Source: an uncultured Bacilli bacterium
Lineage (GTDB): Bacteria; Bacillota_I; Bacilli_A; RF39; UBA660
Direction of reading: 5' to 3'
Assembly: GCA_947630935.1 (NCBI GenBank)
Contig: CANRJL010000001.1
Coordinates: 1 to 47,372, forward strand
Length of the DNA: 47,372 nt
Shown piece by piece: positions 26,963 to 36,700 of this stretch; the first letter of the stretch is position 1; each line of letters starts with the position of its first letter. The notes beneath the pieces are model-generated. The model was not told the origin of the DNA and ran no database searches. It saw only the letters and a list, made by a program, of their open reading frames with translations. The position numbers were made by a program, and so were the translations under genes.

Positions 26963-28000
26963 CTATTTAAAAATATTAAATAATTTACCATTTTTACTTT
27001 CAATATTTTGAGAGTCAAATCTATCAAAACCCATTTTTATTAAGAGTTCATCAATTTGTGGATAATTATCTAACTTATCATCTAAATATGGTAAATTAAA
27101 ATAAACCTTGCTACTTGATTCATATTCAAAATCAGTAACATCATTTTTATTTAAAACACTTCGATTTAAAATAATTTTTTTACCTTTTAATTTTTCAAAA
27201 ATTTTTTGGTCTCTTCTAATTAATTTATTTAATTTAATTAAACCTGGTTCAATTAAATAAAGAACGTCATTGCAATAATCTTCTTTGCCTTCTTCGTTTA
27301 AATCAATTAATAAAACATCAGCATTATAATTAGATGATATAAATTTTTGGAGTTCAAAATGATTGGTATTTTTTAAGGTACGGTCATTTAAGTAAATAAA
27401 ATCATTTTTATCTACTTCAACAGCAATTACTTTATATTTTTTTTCTAATTCTTTTTTTAACAAGTAAGTAAGAGTTGTACTTCCAGCATGGTCAGTAACA
27501 TTTTTAAGGCCAATAATACGAAGATGTTTTATTGGTTCTTCTTCTCTTTTTTCTTTATCTTTATTTTTCTTAGAATTAGAATGAGAAGCATGTTCTTCTT
27601 CATCATCAGTTATAAAACCACCTAATTGATGATATTGAGCAACATCTTTATAACTATTAGGGTTATCTATTAAAAAGTTAATAGAATCGATATTTCTGGT
27701 AAAATTATAAATTCCCATTGAAACTAATGCTGATAAATATTTGGGACTATTTACAACTTCAGAATCATCTAAAAGAATAATTACTTTACTCATGTCTAAA
27801 TTAACAGATAATTGTTGCATAGTTGTAATATTTTGATAATCTTTAATTGCTGTAATATCTAATATCATTTTGTTATAAAAGAAATTACTAAATTGAGCAA
27901 TTAATTCTTCGGGTGTAAATTCTCCAGATATACTTTTGATAATATCAATATCAAGATTATTTAGTAATGTTTCATATTTATTTACTACTTTTACATTCAT
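26963..28000 (-). CDS. TadZ/CpaE-like protein: receiver-like N-domain + ParA/MinD-like domain with degenerate Walker A
   Basis: 345 aa with AGGAGG RBS. Acidic/basic linker (DDEEEHASHSNSKKNKDKEKREEE). RIIGLKNVTDHAGSTTLTYLL...KVIAVEVD...DVLLIDL...IILNR follows the MinD/ParA strand pattern but lacks the GKT lysine. Confidence 0.5.
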   Translation of the reverse strand: MNVKVVNKYETLLNNLDIDIIKSISGEFTPEELIAQFSNFFYNKMILDITAIKDYQNITTMQQLSVNLDMSKVIILLDDSEVVNSPKYLSALVSMGIYNFTRNIDSINFLIDNPNSYKDVAQYHQLGGFITDDEEEHASHSNSKKNKDKEKREEEPIKHLRIIGLKNVTDHAGSTTLTYLLKKELEKKYKVIAVEVDKNDFIYLNDRTLKNTNHFELQKFISSNYNADVLLIDLNEEGKEDYCNDVLYLIEPGLIKLNKLIRRDQKIFEKLKGKKIILNRSVLNKNDVTDFEYESSSKVYFNLPYLDDKLDNYPQIDELLIKMGFDRFDSQNIESKNGKLFNIFK

Positions 28001-28012
28001 TTTAGTCCTCCT

Positions 28013-28492
28013 TTATTGCCAAGTTAAATCATCTATTGGATTGGTCATTTCTAATGTTGAGCCTTTAATATCAAAGGTAAGTAAATCACCAATTACAGGC
28101 AATTTGAAATTAAAAAATAGTTTTACTTCATATTTAAATTGATTGGCATTAGCACTACTGGATTGTGATTTTTGCTTTTTAATGCAATATAAATATCTTG
28201 TTTTATCATTAGATTCTACATATTTTAATTCTGGACTATTGAGACTTGATACACCATATTCTCCAGTTTTACAAGTATGAACTGTATTATAACTATTATA
28301 TGTTAGATAATTGTTAATGATATTGATACTTGTTTCTTGCACACCTTCATATTTTTCAATTATAGATAGTATTTCATTTTTTAATTTAAATGATTTACTA
28401 TAATTTAAAGATAATGATAAAAATGATGCAAAAATAAGAATAAAAGCTACAACTAAACCTAATAACCATGTAGACCCGATTGATTCTCTCAT
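28013..28492 (-). CDS. Pseudopilin-like (TadE/TadF-like?) protein
   Basis: 159 aa. N-terminus MRESIGSTWLLGLVVAFILIFASFLSL. The start overlaps the upstream stop (ATGA). Confidence 0.55.
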   Translation of the reverse strand: MRESIGSTWLLGLVVAFILIFASFLSLSLNYSKSFKLKNEILSIIEKYEGVQETSINIINNYLTYNSYNTVHTCKTGEYGVSSLNSPELKYVESNDKTRYLYCIKKQKSQSSSANANQFKYEVKLFFNFKLPVIGDLLTFDIKGSTLEMTNPIDDLTWQ

Positions 28493-29031
28493 GAAACTAC
28501 ATCACCTACCATTGTTTTCGTATCTCCTTTAATTTTAAAGTTAAAAATATTATGAAATATTGGCAAATCTAATTGATAAAAGACAATTACTCGATAGTAT
28601 AATACATTAGGAAGTTCATTCATTACACAATTTCCGCCATTACCACAAATTCTATTTTGAATATTTTTATCACTTTCGATTTTAGCAATGCAAAAAGCAG
28701 GATTTTTATCATCTGATTTGCCATTTCTTGAAAAGCCATGATAAGTAACTTTTTCATCATTAATATATTCATCGGTTGGGCATTCTCCTGTAACACGGTA
28801 TGCACTTTCATTTAAATAATTAGCAATTTCACAAATTTCAGTATTATCGTTTGAATTAACACATGATGTTGCCATCTCAATACCATTATAACTTTGAATA
28901 GTTTGAATTATTTTATCTTTTACATTAAATGCTTTGGACTGATTTATTGTAAGGCACATAAAGCCCGCGAAAAGCAAGACAAAAAATATAACTATTTGAA
29001 ATAGAAAACTGCCACCTATTGCTTCTCTCAT
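28489..29031 (-). CDS. Pseudopilin-like (TadE/TadF-like?) protein, Cys-containing
   Basis: 180 aa. N-terminus MREAIGGSFLFQIVIFFVLLFAGFMCL. Contains 8 Cys. Confidence 0.55.
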   Translation of the reverse strand: MREAIGGSFLFQIVIFFVLLFAGFMCLTINQSKAFNVKDKIIQTIQSYNGIEMATSCVNSNDNTEICEIANYLNESAYRVTGECPTDEYINDEKVTYHGFSRNGKSDDKNPAFCIAKIESDKNIQNRICGNGGNCVMNELPNVLYYRVIVFYQLDLPIFHNIFNFKIKGDTKTMVGDVVS

Positions 29032-29049
29032 CAGGCTACTCCTTTCTTT

Positions 29050-29313
29050 TTATCCTTTCCAAGGGCATTCAAATGTATTTTGGGTACTAGAGCAACTTTT
29101 TTGCTCACCATTTTGCTCAGTAGGCATACAACATTTTACGGTAATACAATTTCCAGAACTACATTTTTCACATACAGCTTGAGAGCATTTAGTATTTTCA
29201 TCCATATTTTGACGAATTAAAGGCCAAATAGTAAAATAGAAAAAGGCTGACAAAGCCCCTATTCCAATAACTATTGCTACTGTAATATTTAATTCGCCTG
29301 TTGCCTCTTTCAT
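29050..29313 (-). CDS. Pilin-like protein 2 (Flp-sized hydrophobic N-terminus + Cys-rich tail)
   Basis: 87 aa with perfect AGGAGG RBS. MKEATGELNITVAIVIGIGALSAFFYFTIWPLIRQ is followed by a 45-aa tail with 8 Cys. Confidence 0.65.
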   Translation of the reverse strand: MKEATGELNITVAIVIGIGALSAFFYFTIWPLIRQNMDENTKCSQAVCEKCSSGNCITVKCCMPTEQNGEQKSCSSTQNTFECPWKG

Positions 29314-29331
29314 TTATTCCTCCTAATATTA

Positions 29332-29598
29332 TTATGGATTTGGGTTTTCTGGTGAGCTTTCATCTTTGTATGTGCAAGAAAAAGTCTCAGATTCTCCAGG
29401 TATTGAACAGCCTGTACAAGTTCTCGTACCTCCTACGCCTTCATCACAATTCGTACATTGAGCAGCAGCACATTTTGTATTGTTTGTAATAGAATTTCTT
29501 ACAGTTGGCCAGACAAATGCATAGAAGAATGCAGCTACAGCAGCTATTGCTACTACAGTGATAACAGTCATATTTAATTCACCTGTTGCTTCTTTCAT
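29332..29598 (-). CDS. Pilin-like protein 1 (paralogue of 29050..29313)
   Basis: 88 aa with perfect AGGAGG RBS. MKEATGELNMTVITVVAIAAVAAFFYAFVWPTVRN is followed by a tail with 6 Cys. Confidence 0.65.
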   Translation of the reverse strand: MKEATGELNMTVITVVAIAAVAAFFYAFVWPTVRNSITNNTKCAAAQCTNCDEGVGGTRTCTGCSIPGESETFSCTYKDESSPENPNP

Positions 29599-29675
29599 AA
29601 TATTCCTCCTAACTCTATATATAATTTTATTATATCTTTTTTTGCTTTTTTTATCAATAAATTTTTATTTGTTTA

Positions 29676-30464
29676 CTATACATTTAACATCATTAATAAG
29701 GCAAAGACTAGAAGAACCATTACTCCTACTCCTGTAGCTACAAGCATTTGCATTGTTTTCTTTTCCATTTTTTCTAATCGCTCTTTATATTTTAATTCCC
29801 GAGCCTTTTGTTGAAGATTAGAAATTGTTCTAGAAAACGCTAATAATTGTTCTTGCTTATGTTCTTGTCTTCCCAAAGATAAACGATATAAAAGACGCAT
29901 CATTCGCATTGAATCACGAACTGGGTAGGTTTTAGCAAAATTTATGTAAGGGTTTATAGTATTATCGCCGGAATTAATTTCGTTAATTAATTCTTGTAAA
30001 CCTTCTTTAAAAATTGGGGGAGCATCTTCAATAGACTTTCCTAAAGCTACAGGAACTGTATAATGTTGAATTAAGATTTCTAAGCTTTTTAAATAGTAAG
30101 GTAACATTGAATCAATATCATGTAAATGACGACGATAGTATTTTTTTAAATTACTATAGTCCATTTTAAAAACTAAATAACCAATTATTATTGAGAATAA
30201 AACGGTGATGTAAGAAATGTTTGAGATAAAGAAACATAATAGAACAACGATAATAATTAAGCCTCTTTTGACTCTTTTATTAAATAGAAAATCTGGGTTT
30301 ACTGAGTCACCATATCTTGCTCTTACATAAAAGTCCCAATCACTTTCTTTTAACTTTTGAAAATAAACTTCATTATCTGATACAAAACGATTGACACTGA
30401 TACGTCCGGTATAATTTAAAGCAAAGAATAAAATCAAGGCTAAAGCTATTATTTCAAAATACAT
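29676..30464 (-). CDS. TadC-like (T2SS F-family) membrane protein
   Basis: 262 aa. N-terminal TM, paired central TMs, a helical cytoplasmic domain and a C-terminal TM. The start overlaps the upstream stop (TAATG). Sits directly after the TadB-like gene. Confidence 0.6.
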   Translation of the reverse strand: MYFEIIALALILFFALNYTGRISVNRFVSDNEVYFQKLKESDWDFYVRARYGDSVNPDFLFNKRVKRGLIIIVVLLCFFISNISYITVLFSIIIGYLVFKMDYSNLKKYYRRHLHDIDSMLPYYLKSLEILIQHYTVPVALGKSIEDAPPIFKEGLQELINEINSGDNTINPYINFAKTYPVRDSMRMMRLLYRLSLGRQEHKQEQLLAFSRTISNLQQKARELKYKERLEKMEKKTMQMLVATGVGVMVLLVFALLMMLNV

Positions 30465-31360
30465 TATTCCACCCCCACATCTTCATAATAAAACCTTTCT
30501 CCTTTATATAAGAAGAAACAGTTTATCCAAATAATGGCATGGAGAATAAATTGAACATACCACATATCTAATAGTTTTAAATATGAAGCAGTGCCCAATA
30601 AAAATTGCATAGCCATAACTAATAAGAATAATGCTAGACCAAAAGTAACAAATCTTTTATGAAAATCAGCTCGGTCTATTTGGTCCCGATAAACTCCTTC
30701 AACTAGTGAGTCGATGTCCATTGATAAATTTTCTAATGCTTCACCAGAGTCTTTAGCGCCTTCTTTAGTTATTTGTAAAAATAATTGATTCATATTTTTA
30801 ACCATATAATAAGGATATTTTTTATTAAAGAAATCAATTGATTCATCGATAGTACCATTTTGATAAGACATATTTATCATGGTTTTAACATCTTCTAAAA
30901 CAGGGTTTTCTAAAATGCCAGAATCTCTTACTCCTTCAAGAGATTTAACAAAACTTTGCGTTGTTGTAAATTCCATAATGACATTGGTTGTATATGTCTG
31001 AATTTGTTCAAAAATAAATTCGGAATAAGCTTTTTGGCAGCGAAGATAAGCTAAAAAAGGAATAAATAAAACTGCTATAACTGCATATATAATAGCAACA
31101 ATTATATTGTAAAAATATAAATAAGATATAACTCCGGCAAAACCTGCAAATAAAATAACTTGGGTTATATATTGCCGAGGAGTATATTCTTGACCTAATT
31201 CTTTTACTTTTTCTCTTACTTTGACAAAACTATAATTGGAATATTTATTATAAGCATTGTTAATGCTTGTTGCAAAAAACTTATAAACATTTTCCCCATT
31301 ATTCAGATAATAGGATACAGCAAAAATGGCCAAAGCTAATAATAATATAAGTTCAATCAT
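30464..31360 (-). CDS. TadB-like (T2SS F-family) membrane protein
   Basis: 298 aa. The topology (N-terminal TM, two central TMs, soluble helical domain, two C-terminal TMs) and the position after the ATPase fit TadB/TadC. Confidence 0.6.
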   Translation of the reverse strand: MIELILLLALAIFAVSYYLNNGENVYKFFATSINNAYNKYSNYSFVKVREKVKELGQEYTPRQYITQVILFAGFAGVISYLYFYNIIVAIIYAVIAVLFIPFLAYLRCQKAYSEFIFEQIQTYTTNVIMEFTTTQSFVKSLEGVRDSGILENPVLEDVKTMINMSYQNGTIDESIDFFNKKYPYYMVKNMNQLFLQITKEGAKDSGEALENLSMDIDSLVEGVYRDQIDRADFHKRFVTFGLALFLLVMAMQFLLGTASYLKLLDMWYVQFILHAIIWINCFFLYKGERFYYEDVGVE

Positions 31361-31375
31361 TTTTATTCCTTCTTT

Positions 31376-32479
31376 CTATAGAGTTTCTATAGCGCTTTTT
31401 TGAGGTGATTCATTTACTTTATCTTCACCTTGATAAATATCATCTGGCAAAGTTATACCCGAAATGGCTAAATAATCTTTTAAATGTTTAGTTGGGTTGT
31501 TCATGGTTATTTCGCCTGTAAGAGTTTTTTGAAAGATGGTATTAACTTGGGCTTTATTATTTTCATCAACATAAAATTCACATATTTCCATAATTTCTCT
31601 TTGAAATCTGCCTAATTCTTTACTCATGTATCCTTTAACATATATTCCTATTTGAACATAACGATGGATAGTTGATAGAAACTGGTCAACATCAATATTA
31701 CTTTCTATAAGGGCAAACATTCGCAATGGAATTAAACTGGCTTTGTCAGAGTGAATAGTTGATAAAATATGATGCCCTGATGATATACTATTTCTAACAG
31801 CCATGACAGCTTCAGCGCTTCGCACTTCGGAAAGTAAAATCCAGATTGGGTTTTGCCGCATACAGGTTACTAAAACATCGGTATAACTGGCAATATTATT
31901 TGTTTTCATAGCAATTATATCACGATGAGGAAAAATGCGGTCTAGATGAAGCTCTAAGGTATCTTCAATGGTAATTATTTTTTCGTTTTCTTTAGTATGT
32001 GCGGCTAAATATTTGACAAGCTCAGTTTTTCCTGAACCTGTTTCCCCACTTACGATAATATTAGCATGACCTTCGACACATTTTAATAAAAAATCAAGTA
32101 GACTTGCCGAAACATATTTTTCGTTTAATAATTTTTCACGATTTAATCTTATTTTGGATGGTGTTTTACGAATTTGGCACGCAATACCATTCGTAGCAAT
32201 TGAATCGTGGATAAAGTTTAAACGAAGTTCTGCACTTTCAGCATCCAAAAAAGGATGAGCCATATTAAATGTTTTTCCCATAACATTAGCACATTGAAAT
32301 GCTAATTTTTCTAAAAGTGCATTATTTATTTCTGGCCTTTCTACTTGATAAACTCCTTTTGTAAGGGATTTTAACCAAACCTGTCCATTATTGTCATATG
32401 AGATATCAGTAATATCTTCGTCTCTTAGAAATTCTTCAATAGGTCCAAAATCTAATTGTGAAAATATTGCATCATTCAT
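31376..32479 (-). CDS. tadA: TadA/CpaF-family secretion ATPase (T2SSE/VirB11 superfamily)
   Basis: 367 aa. ITDISYDNNGQVWL, RLNFIH...IRK, Walker A SGETGSGKTE, ITIEDTLEL, Walker B-like IWILLSEVRSAEA and His box SGHHILSTIHS. Confidence 0.85.
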   Translation of the reverse strand: MNDAIFSQLDFGPIEEFLRDEDITDISYDNNGQVWLKSLTKGVYQVERPEINNALLEKLAFQCANVMGKTFNMAHPFLDAESAELRLNFIHDSIATNGIACQIRKTPSKIRLNREKLLNEKYVSASLLDFLLKCVEGHANIIVSGETGSGKTELVKYLAAHTKENEKIITIEDTLELHLDRIFPHRDIIAMKTNNIASYTDVLVTCMRQNPIWILLSEVRSAEAVMAVRNSISSGHHILSTIHSDKASLIPLRMFALIESNIDVDQFLSTIHRYVQIGIYVKGYMSKELGRFQREIMEICEFYVDENNKAQVNTIFQKTLTGEITMNNPTKHLKDYLAISGITLPDDIYQGEDKVNESPQKSAIETL

Positions 32480-32511
32480 TATGGCTCATCCCTTTCTATT
32501 CTTTTTATTCT

Positions 32512-33366
32512 TTAATTATTTGAATTGTTATTATTATTGTTGTTATTATTGTTATTGTTATTTGTATTACTATTTGTTCCTGTTGAAATTTGTTCATCAG
32601 GGATAACAGCAGCTTTAGATAGAATAAATTCTCTTACATAAGCACTGGCAACTTCTGTTTCGCCAGGATTTGCCGTATAATTTTTATTTCTTGGAACAGG
32701 AATTATATCTATTCCCGTATATTGAGCTTTACGTAATAAAGAATACATATCATCTGGTACAGCAAATAGTAATGATGCTGGGGTTCTACTTTCAGTTGAT
32801 GTTTCAAATACTGATTGTCCAGAACCATCACGAACATCTAAAACCCGAATACTCCGGATTAAATTAGTGTATATTAATTTATTATAATTGTCATTACCTT
32901 TAACCCATAAATCAATATAGTTTCCTGGGAAAATAGAATTTCCGTAAGTTGTATGAATATCTACTCCTAATTCAAATAGTGTATAACCATCTGGAATATC
33001 AGCAATTACATTATCAGGTTGACTTTCAGGAGAAACAATTGCTGATGTATAGAAAAAACTATTTTGAGGAATGGTTGTTCCATACATTACTTCTTTACCT
33101 ATTAATTGATTAGCATTTCTTATCATATTATTACTTTTACTTAATACAGCATTAGATACTTCCATATATCCTATATCATCAGCCGTAATAACGTGTCTTG
33201 ATGATAAAGCGTTTTTAGCATAAGGAATAGTTGTAGGATTGGTTGCTGTATTAACTCGCCAAGTATATCCTATATATAATACTAAGATTCCAGCTATGAC
33301 ACATATAATGGTTACAGTATTTTTGTTACTCAAAAATTTTTTAATTCTTGTTATTAAATTTCCCAT
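32512..33366 (-). CDS. CpaB/RcpC-like (SAF-domain) pilus assembly protein with a poly-Asn tail
   Basis: 284 aa. N-terminal TM (VTIICVIAGILVLYIGY), then a SAF-like segment (RHVITADDIGYMEVS...LIGKEVMYGTTIPQNSFF). The C-terminus is NSNTNNNNNNNNNNNNNSNN. Confidence 0.55.
   Translation of the reverse strand: MGNLITRIKKFLSNKNTVTIICVIAGILVLYIGYTWRVNTATNPTTIPYAKNALSSRHVITADDIGYMEVSNAVLSKSNNMIRNANQLIGKEVMYGTTIPQNSFFYTSAIVSPESQPDNVIADIPDGYTLFELGVDIHTTYGNSIFPGNYIDLWVKGNDNYNKLIYTNLIRSIRVLDVRDGSGQSVFETSTESRTPASLLFAVPDDMYSLLRKAQYTGIDIIPVPRNKNYTANPGETEVASAYVREFILSKAAVIPDEQISTGTNSNTNNNNNNNNNNNNNSNN
32515..32574 (-). repeat. (AAT/AAC)n low-complexity tract encoding poly-Asn
   Basis: Read directly: ATT/GTT triplets on the plus strand immediately above the stop codon. 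Confidence 0.9.
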
Positions 33367-33384
33367 TTTTATTCCTCCTTAATT

Positions 33385-33786
33385 CTAATTTCCTAATTCT
33401 AAAATAGAATCTACACGATTAACTATATCAAAAGATTCGGAATTAGAACTTATTTGATAAGTGTTGCTTTTAGTAGTAACTTGGACACCAGCTTTTGGTG
33501 GTGATTCATATATTTCGTAAAAGTCAATTTGATAAGTATTTAGATTAGCACTTTCAGCAAATCTTCTTAAAAAATTTTCAACATATTTTTCACGATTAAT
33601 ACGTAATTCACCACTTTCTCTGTAGTAGCCATAGTCGACAGCATCGACCATAGCTGCTTCAGATACTTCTTTAATTAAATAATAATCTTGGGTACTGGTT
33701 GTAGATACATTGGAAACTAACATCATGATAACTATGATAAATACGCCTAATGCAATTAACCAATATCCCCAATAGCTTTCTTTCAT
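33385..33786 (-). CDS. Pseudopilin-like small protein
   Basis: 133 aa. N-terminus MKESYWGYWLIALGVFIIVIMMLVS shares the M[KR]E[AS] start and single N-terminal helix with the four other subunit-like genes. Confidence 0.5.
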   Translation of the reverse strand: MKESYWGYWLIALGVFIIVIMMLVSNVSTTSTQDYYLIKEVSEAAMVDAVDYGYYRESGELRINREKYVENFLRRFAESANLNTYQIDFYEIYESPPKAGVQVTTKSNTYQISSNSESFDIVNRVDSILELGN

Positions 33787-33796
33787 CTATGCCTCC

Positions 33797-36700
33797 CTAT
33801 TTCCATGAAGGACCGACGCCAGTAACTCTATCTAAGCAAACGCCGCCTTGACAGTAATTTGTATTAGTCCATAAAACAAAATCTTCATTACGTTTATTTT
33901 CGGTGAAATAGTCATTTTCTTCACCAATATCTAAGAATCTTGATTTACAATTAACGCTGTAATCAACACCATTAATTGTATGATTTTCACAATAGATAGC
34001 ATCTTCACCACTTGCACTTAAACTACTAATAGTTGGAATTGCTGTGTTAGAATAACTGCCTGCTGCTTTGTTATATTTTCGCAAATTTATCATATTTTGT
34101 CTAGTTAAAGTATATGAATATTCAGATTGTGTATAAGCATATTCACCAGTTTCTTCAATTTCATTTCTGGTAACTTCAGCCTTTTTACTTGCATCAGTCG
34201 TATTTCCACTCGCTTGAGTTTGACCACTATTTTGACCTTCTGTTGAAGTTTGGCCTCCTGATTGACTAGTTGTTTTACCGCCATTTGATAAATTCCAGTT
34301 ATATCCAGTTTGGCGACAATTTTCAGTATTGCCATCTTTGCATTCATTTGGGAATAAATTGCCAGTTGTAACAGAACGGAAGACAGCTTTTGACGTTAAT
34401 TCATCATTATCTTCAATTTCATCTGATCCATCAACTATACATGTAGGACAATCTTTTTTAGAATCATTTGTAATATCACAAGAACCACCTTCACATGTTA
34501 CATGGCATGTTGGACAGTTGTTAATGTAATGACAAACATAACCACCATCAATACTTGTTGGAGTTGTAGTACCACATTTATTTTCTTCTGGTAAATTACT
34601 ATATGCTTCGATAACGCTTTTTACCTCTTCTGATTTGCCATCTTCGGCAGCATCATTAATTAATCTTCCTAACTCGCCATTGGTATTATTTTGACCAATA
34701 TTTTTAAAGTAGAATTTAAATTGGAACACTCCTTTATGTTGTCTTAATGATACTGGAAGTGAACTATCAGGAAGTCTTGTCCATAAGCAATCTTTATAGA
34801 CACCATTAGAATCTTGAATACATTGTTCAGCATTTACTTTAATTGCTCCATATTGAGTATAAGTAGAAAATTGGCCTCGTGGTACATAAACACCGGTGTT
34901 AGTTACTGTTTTTTGAACTCTTTGAACTGTATATCTTGTTTTATTTTCTAACTTACAAGTAGCATCATTACAACTTACTATTTGTTCAGTTGTTGTTAAA
35001 TTTTCTTTCATCTGTTCATCATTATAACTTTGACCAGTACATTTATATTCATCATTTACGTCCGTTCCACAATAAACATTTTTGGAATCAGTAGTTTTAC
35101 TTTTTTCGCTAAATGCTGGTAAATTGTCTTCTTTTTTAGTAACTATATCATTGTAGGCATTATCAACAGTTTTTTCATCATTATTATCTTCACCATAAGT
35201 ATATTTAATTATAGGATCAAATTTCATATCATTTGTCCATTCTGTACATTGCTTGTAGCTATTTTGAACATTTTCTAAAGCTTGTTTAGCATTATTATAT
35301 GTCTTTTCAGCATCATCTTTTTTAGCTGTAAATGTTGATTTTACACCATTAAATGTTGATGTTACTTTAGCTTCAGTCAATTTATTCTCTTCATCTGGTT
35401 TATAAATATACCATACATATTGAGCTTGGAATTCATCGCTAGCTCCTTCAGCAACAGTTTCTGGAGCACTTTCTTCGGCTTTTTTATATTTAATATATTC
35501 ATTGAAAGCATTTATTAAATTTTGTTGAGCAGTTTTAACATCTTTCAAATATTTAGTTTCATCAATACCTTTAGATGGATCAGTTGCTCCACTAATATAG
35601 CAATTTCGGGTGCCTTTTATAGTAGTTTCTAATTCGAAGTAACCACCACTTTGCGAATATTTAGCTGTTGGAACTGTAAAATTATATTCTTCATCACACC
35701 AAACTTTGCAATAAGGATTACCTTTAAAAATGCTTGTTGCTTCAAATGAATTATTCATTTGATCTGTATGGTCAATTACACATTTTTTTACTTGATTTGC
35801 ACTAGAATTACATTCTGTTGGTGTTCGATTTATGTCGCTTATTGTTCCCGAAACAGTAGATTCTGCATCAAAATCATTACATGTCGATGGAAGAGTTACA
35901 TTGGCAAAACAGTTAGTACAATATGTCTTGTAATCTTCACATGAAGAGCTATCGCCCTCTTTACATTCTTTTTCATATTTGCCACATTCACATTCTGTTT
36001 TATATTGTTCTTCACTAGCACATTCTTCACCATTAGAGCAAATATAATGTTTAACATCATCAATTTCTTCAATACTGCATTCTTTTGTACATTCTGCTAA
36101 ATATGTTGCTTCATTATCGTCTTCTTCACTTTCAGGATCTGGTCCATAGAATGTTGTTACACCATTTTTAGTAACTTTTTGGCAAGTTTTTTTACATTGA
36201 TTTAAATATGTTTTTTTAGTTGTAACTTTACCTTCTTTATCATAATATGTGCCATTATCTTCCCGACAGCCACATTGTTTAGTAAATTCTTCAGCATTTG
36301 CTAATTTGCTACCATCATTGCCATAATAAACACCATCAACAATTTCGCATTTATGATTTTCATCTTCTTGGCAAAGATCTGGAGAACAATGATAATTTTT
36401 TTCAAAAGTAGAAGCATTTTTATCATCTAAATACATTTTTTCAGTTGTTGTTTTGCCTGTAGGTTCATCATTTACTTTTTCTACTCTAGTTACTTCGTAA
36501 TAGTATTTACCTTGATTGTCTTTTTTACATTCACATGTGTCATTATCCCATACTAAATCTAAATCTGATAAATAGATATCATCTGAACCATAATTACGAA
36601 GAAGTAATTGATTTTGTAAGCTATAATTACGGTCACCATTGGAATTTATAGGGCCATAATAGGCAACGTTTGCCTGAGCTGAATGCTTATCACTCCAAGC

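Noticed and set aside
32391-32606. Plus-strand 71-aa ORF with a CYYYCCYYCYCYLYYY segment
   Set aside because: It is an out-of-frame reading across the antisense of the poly-Asn (AAT/AAC) tract and the start of the ATPase gene. It has no RBS, and real genes occupy the opposite strand.
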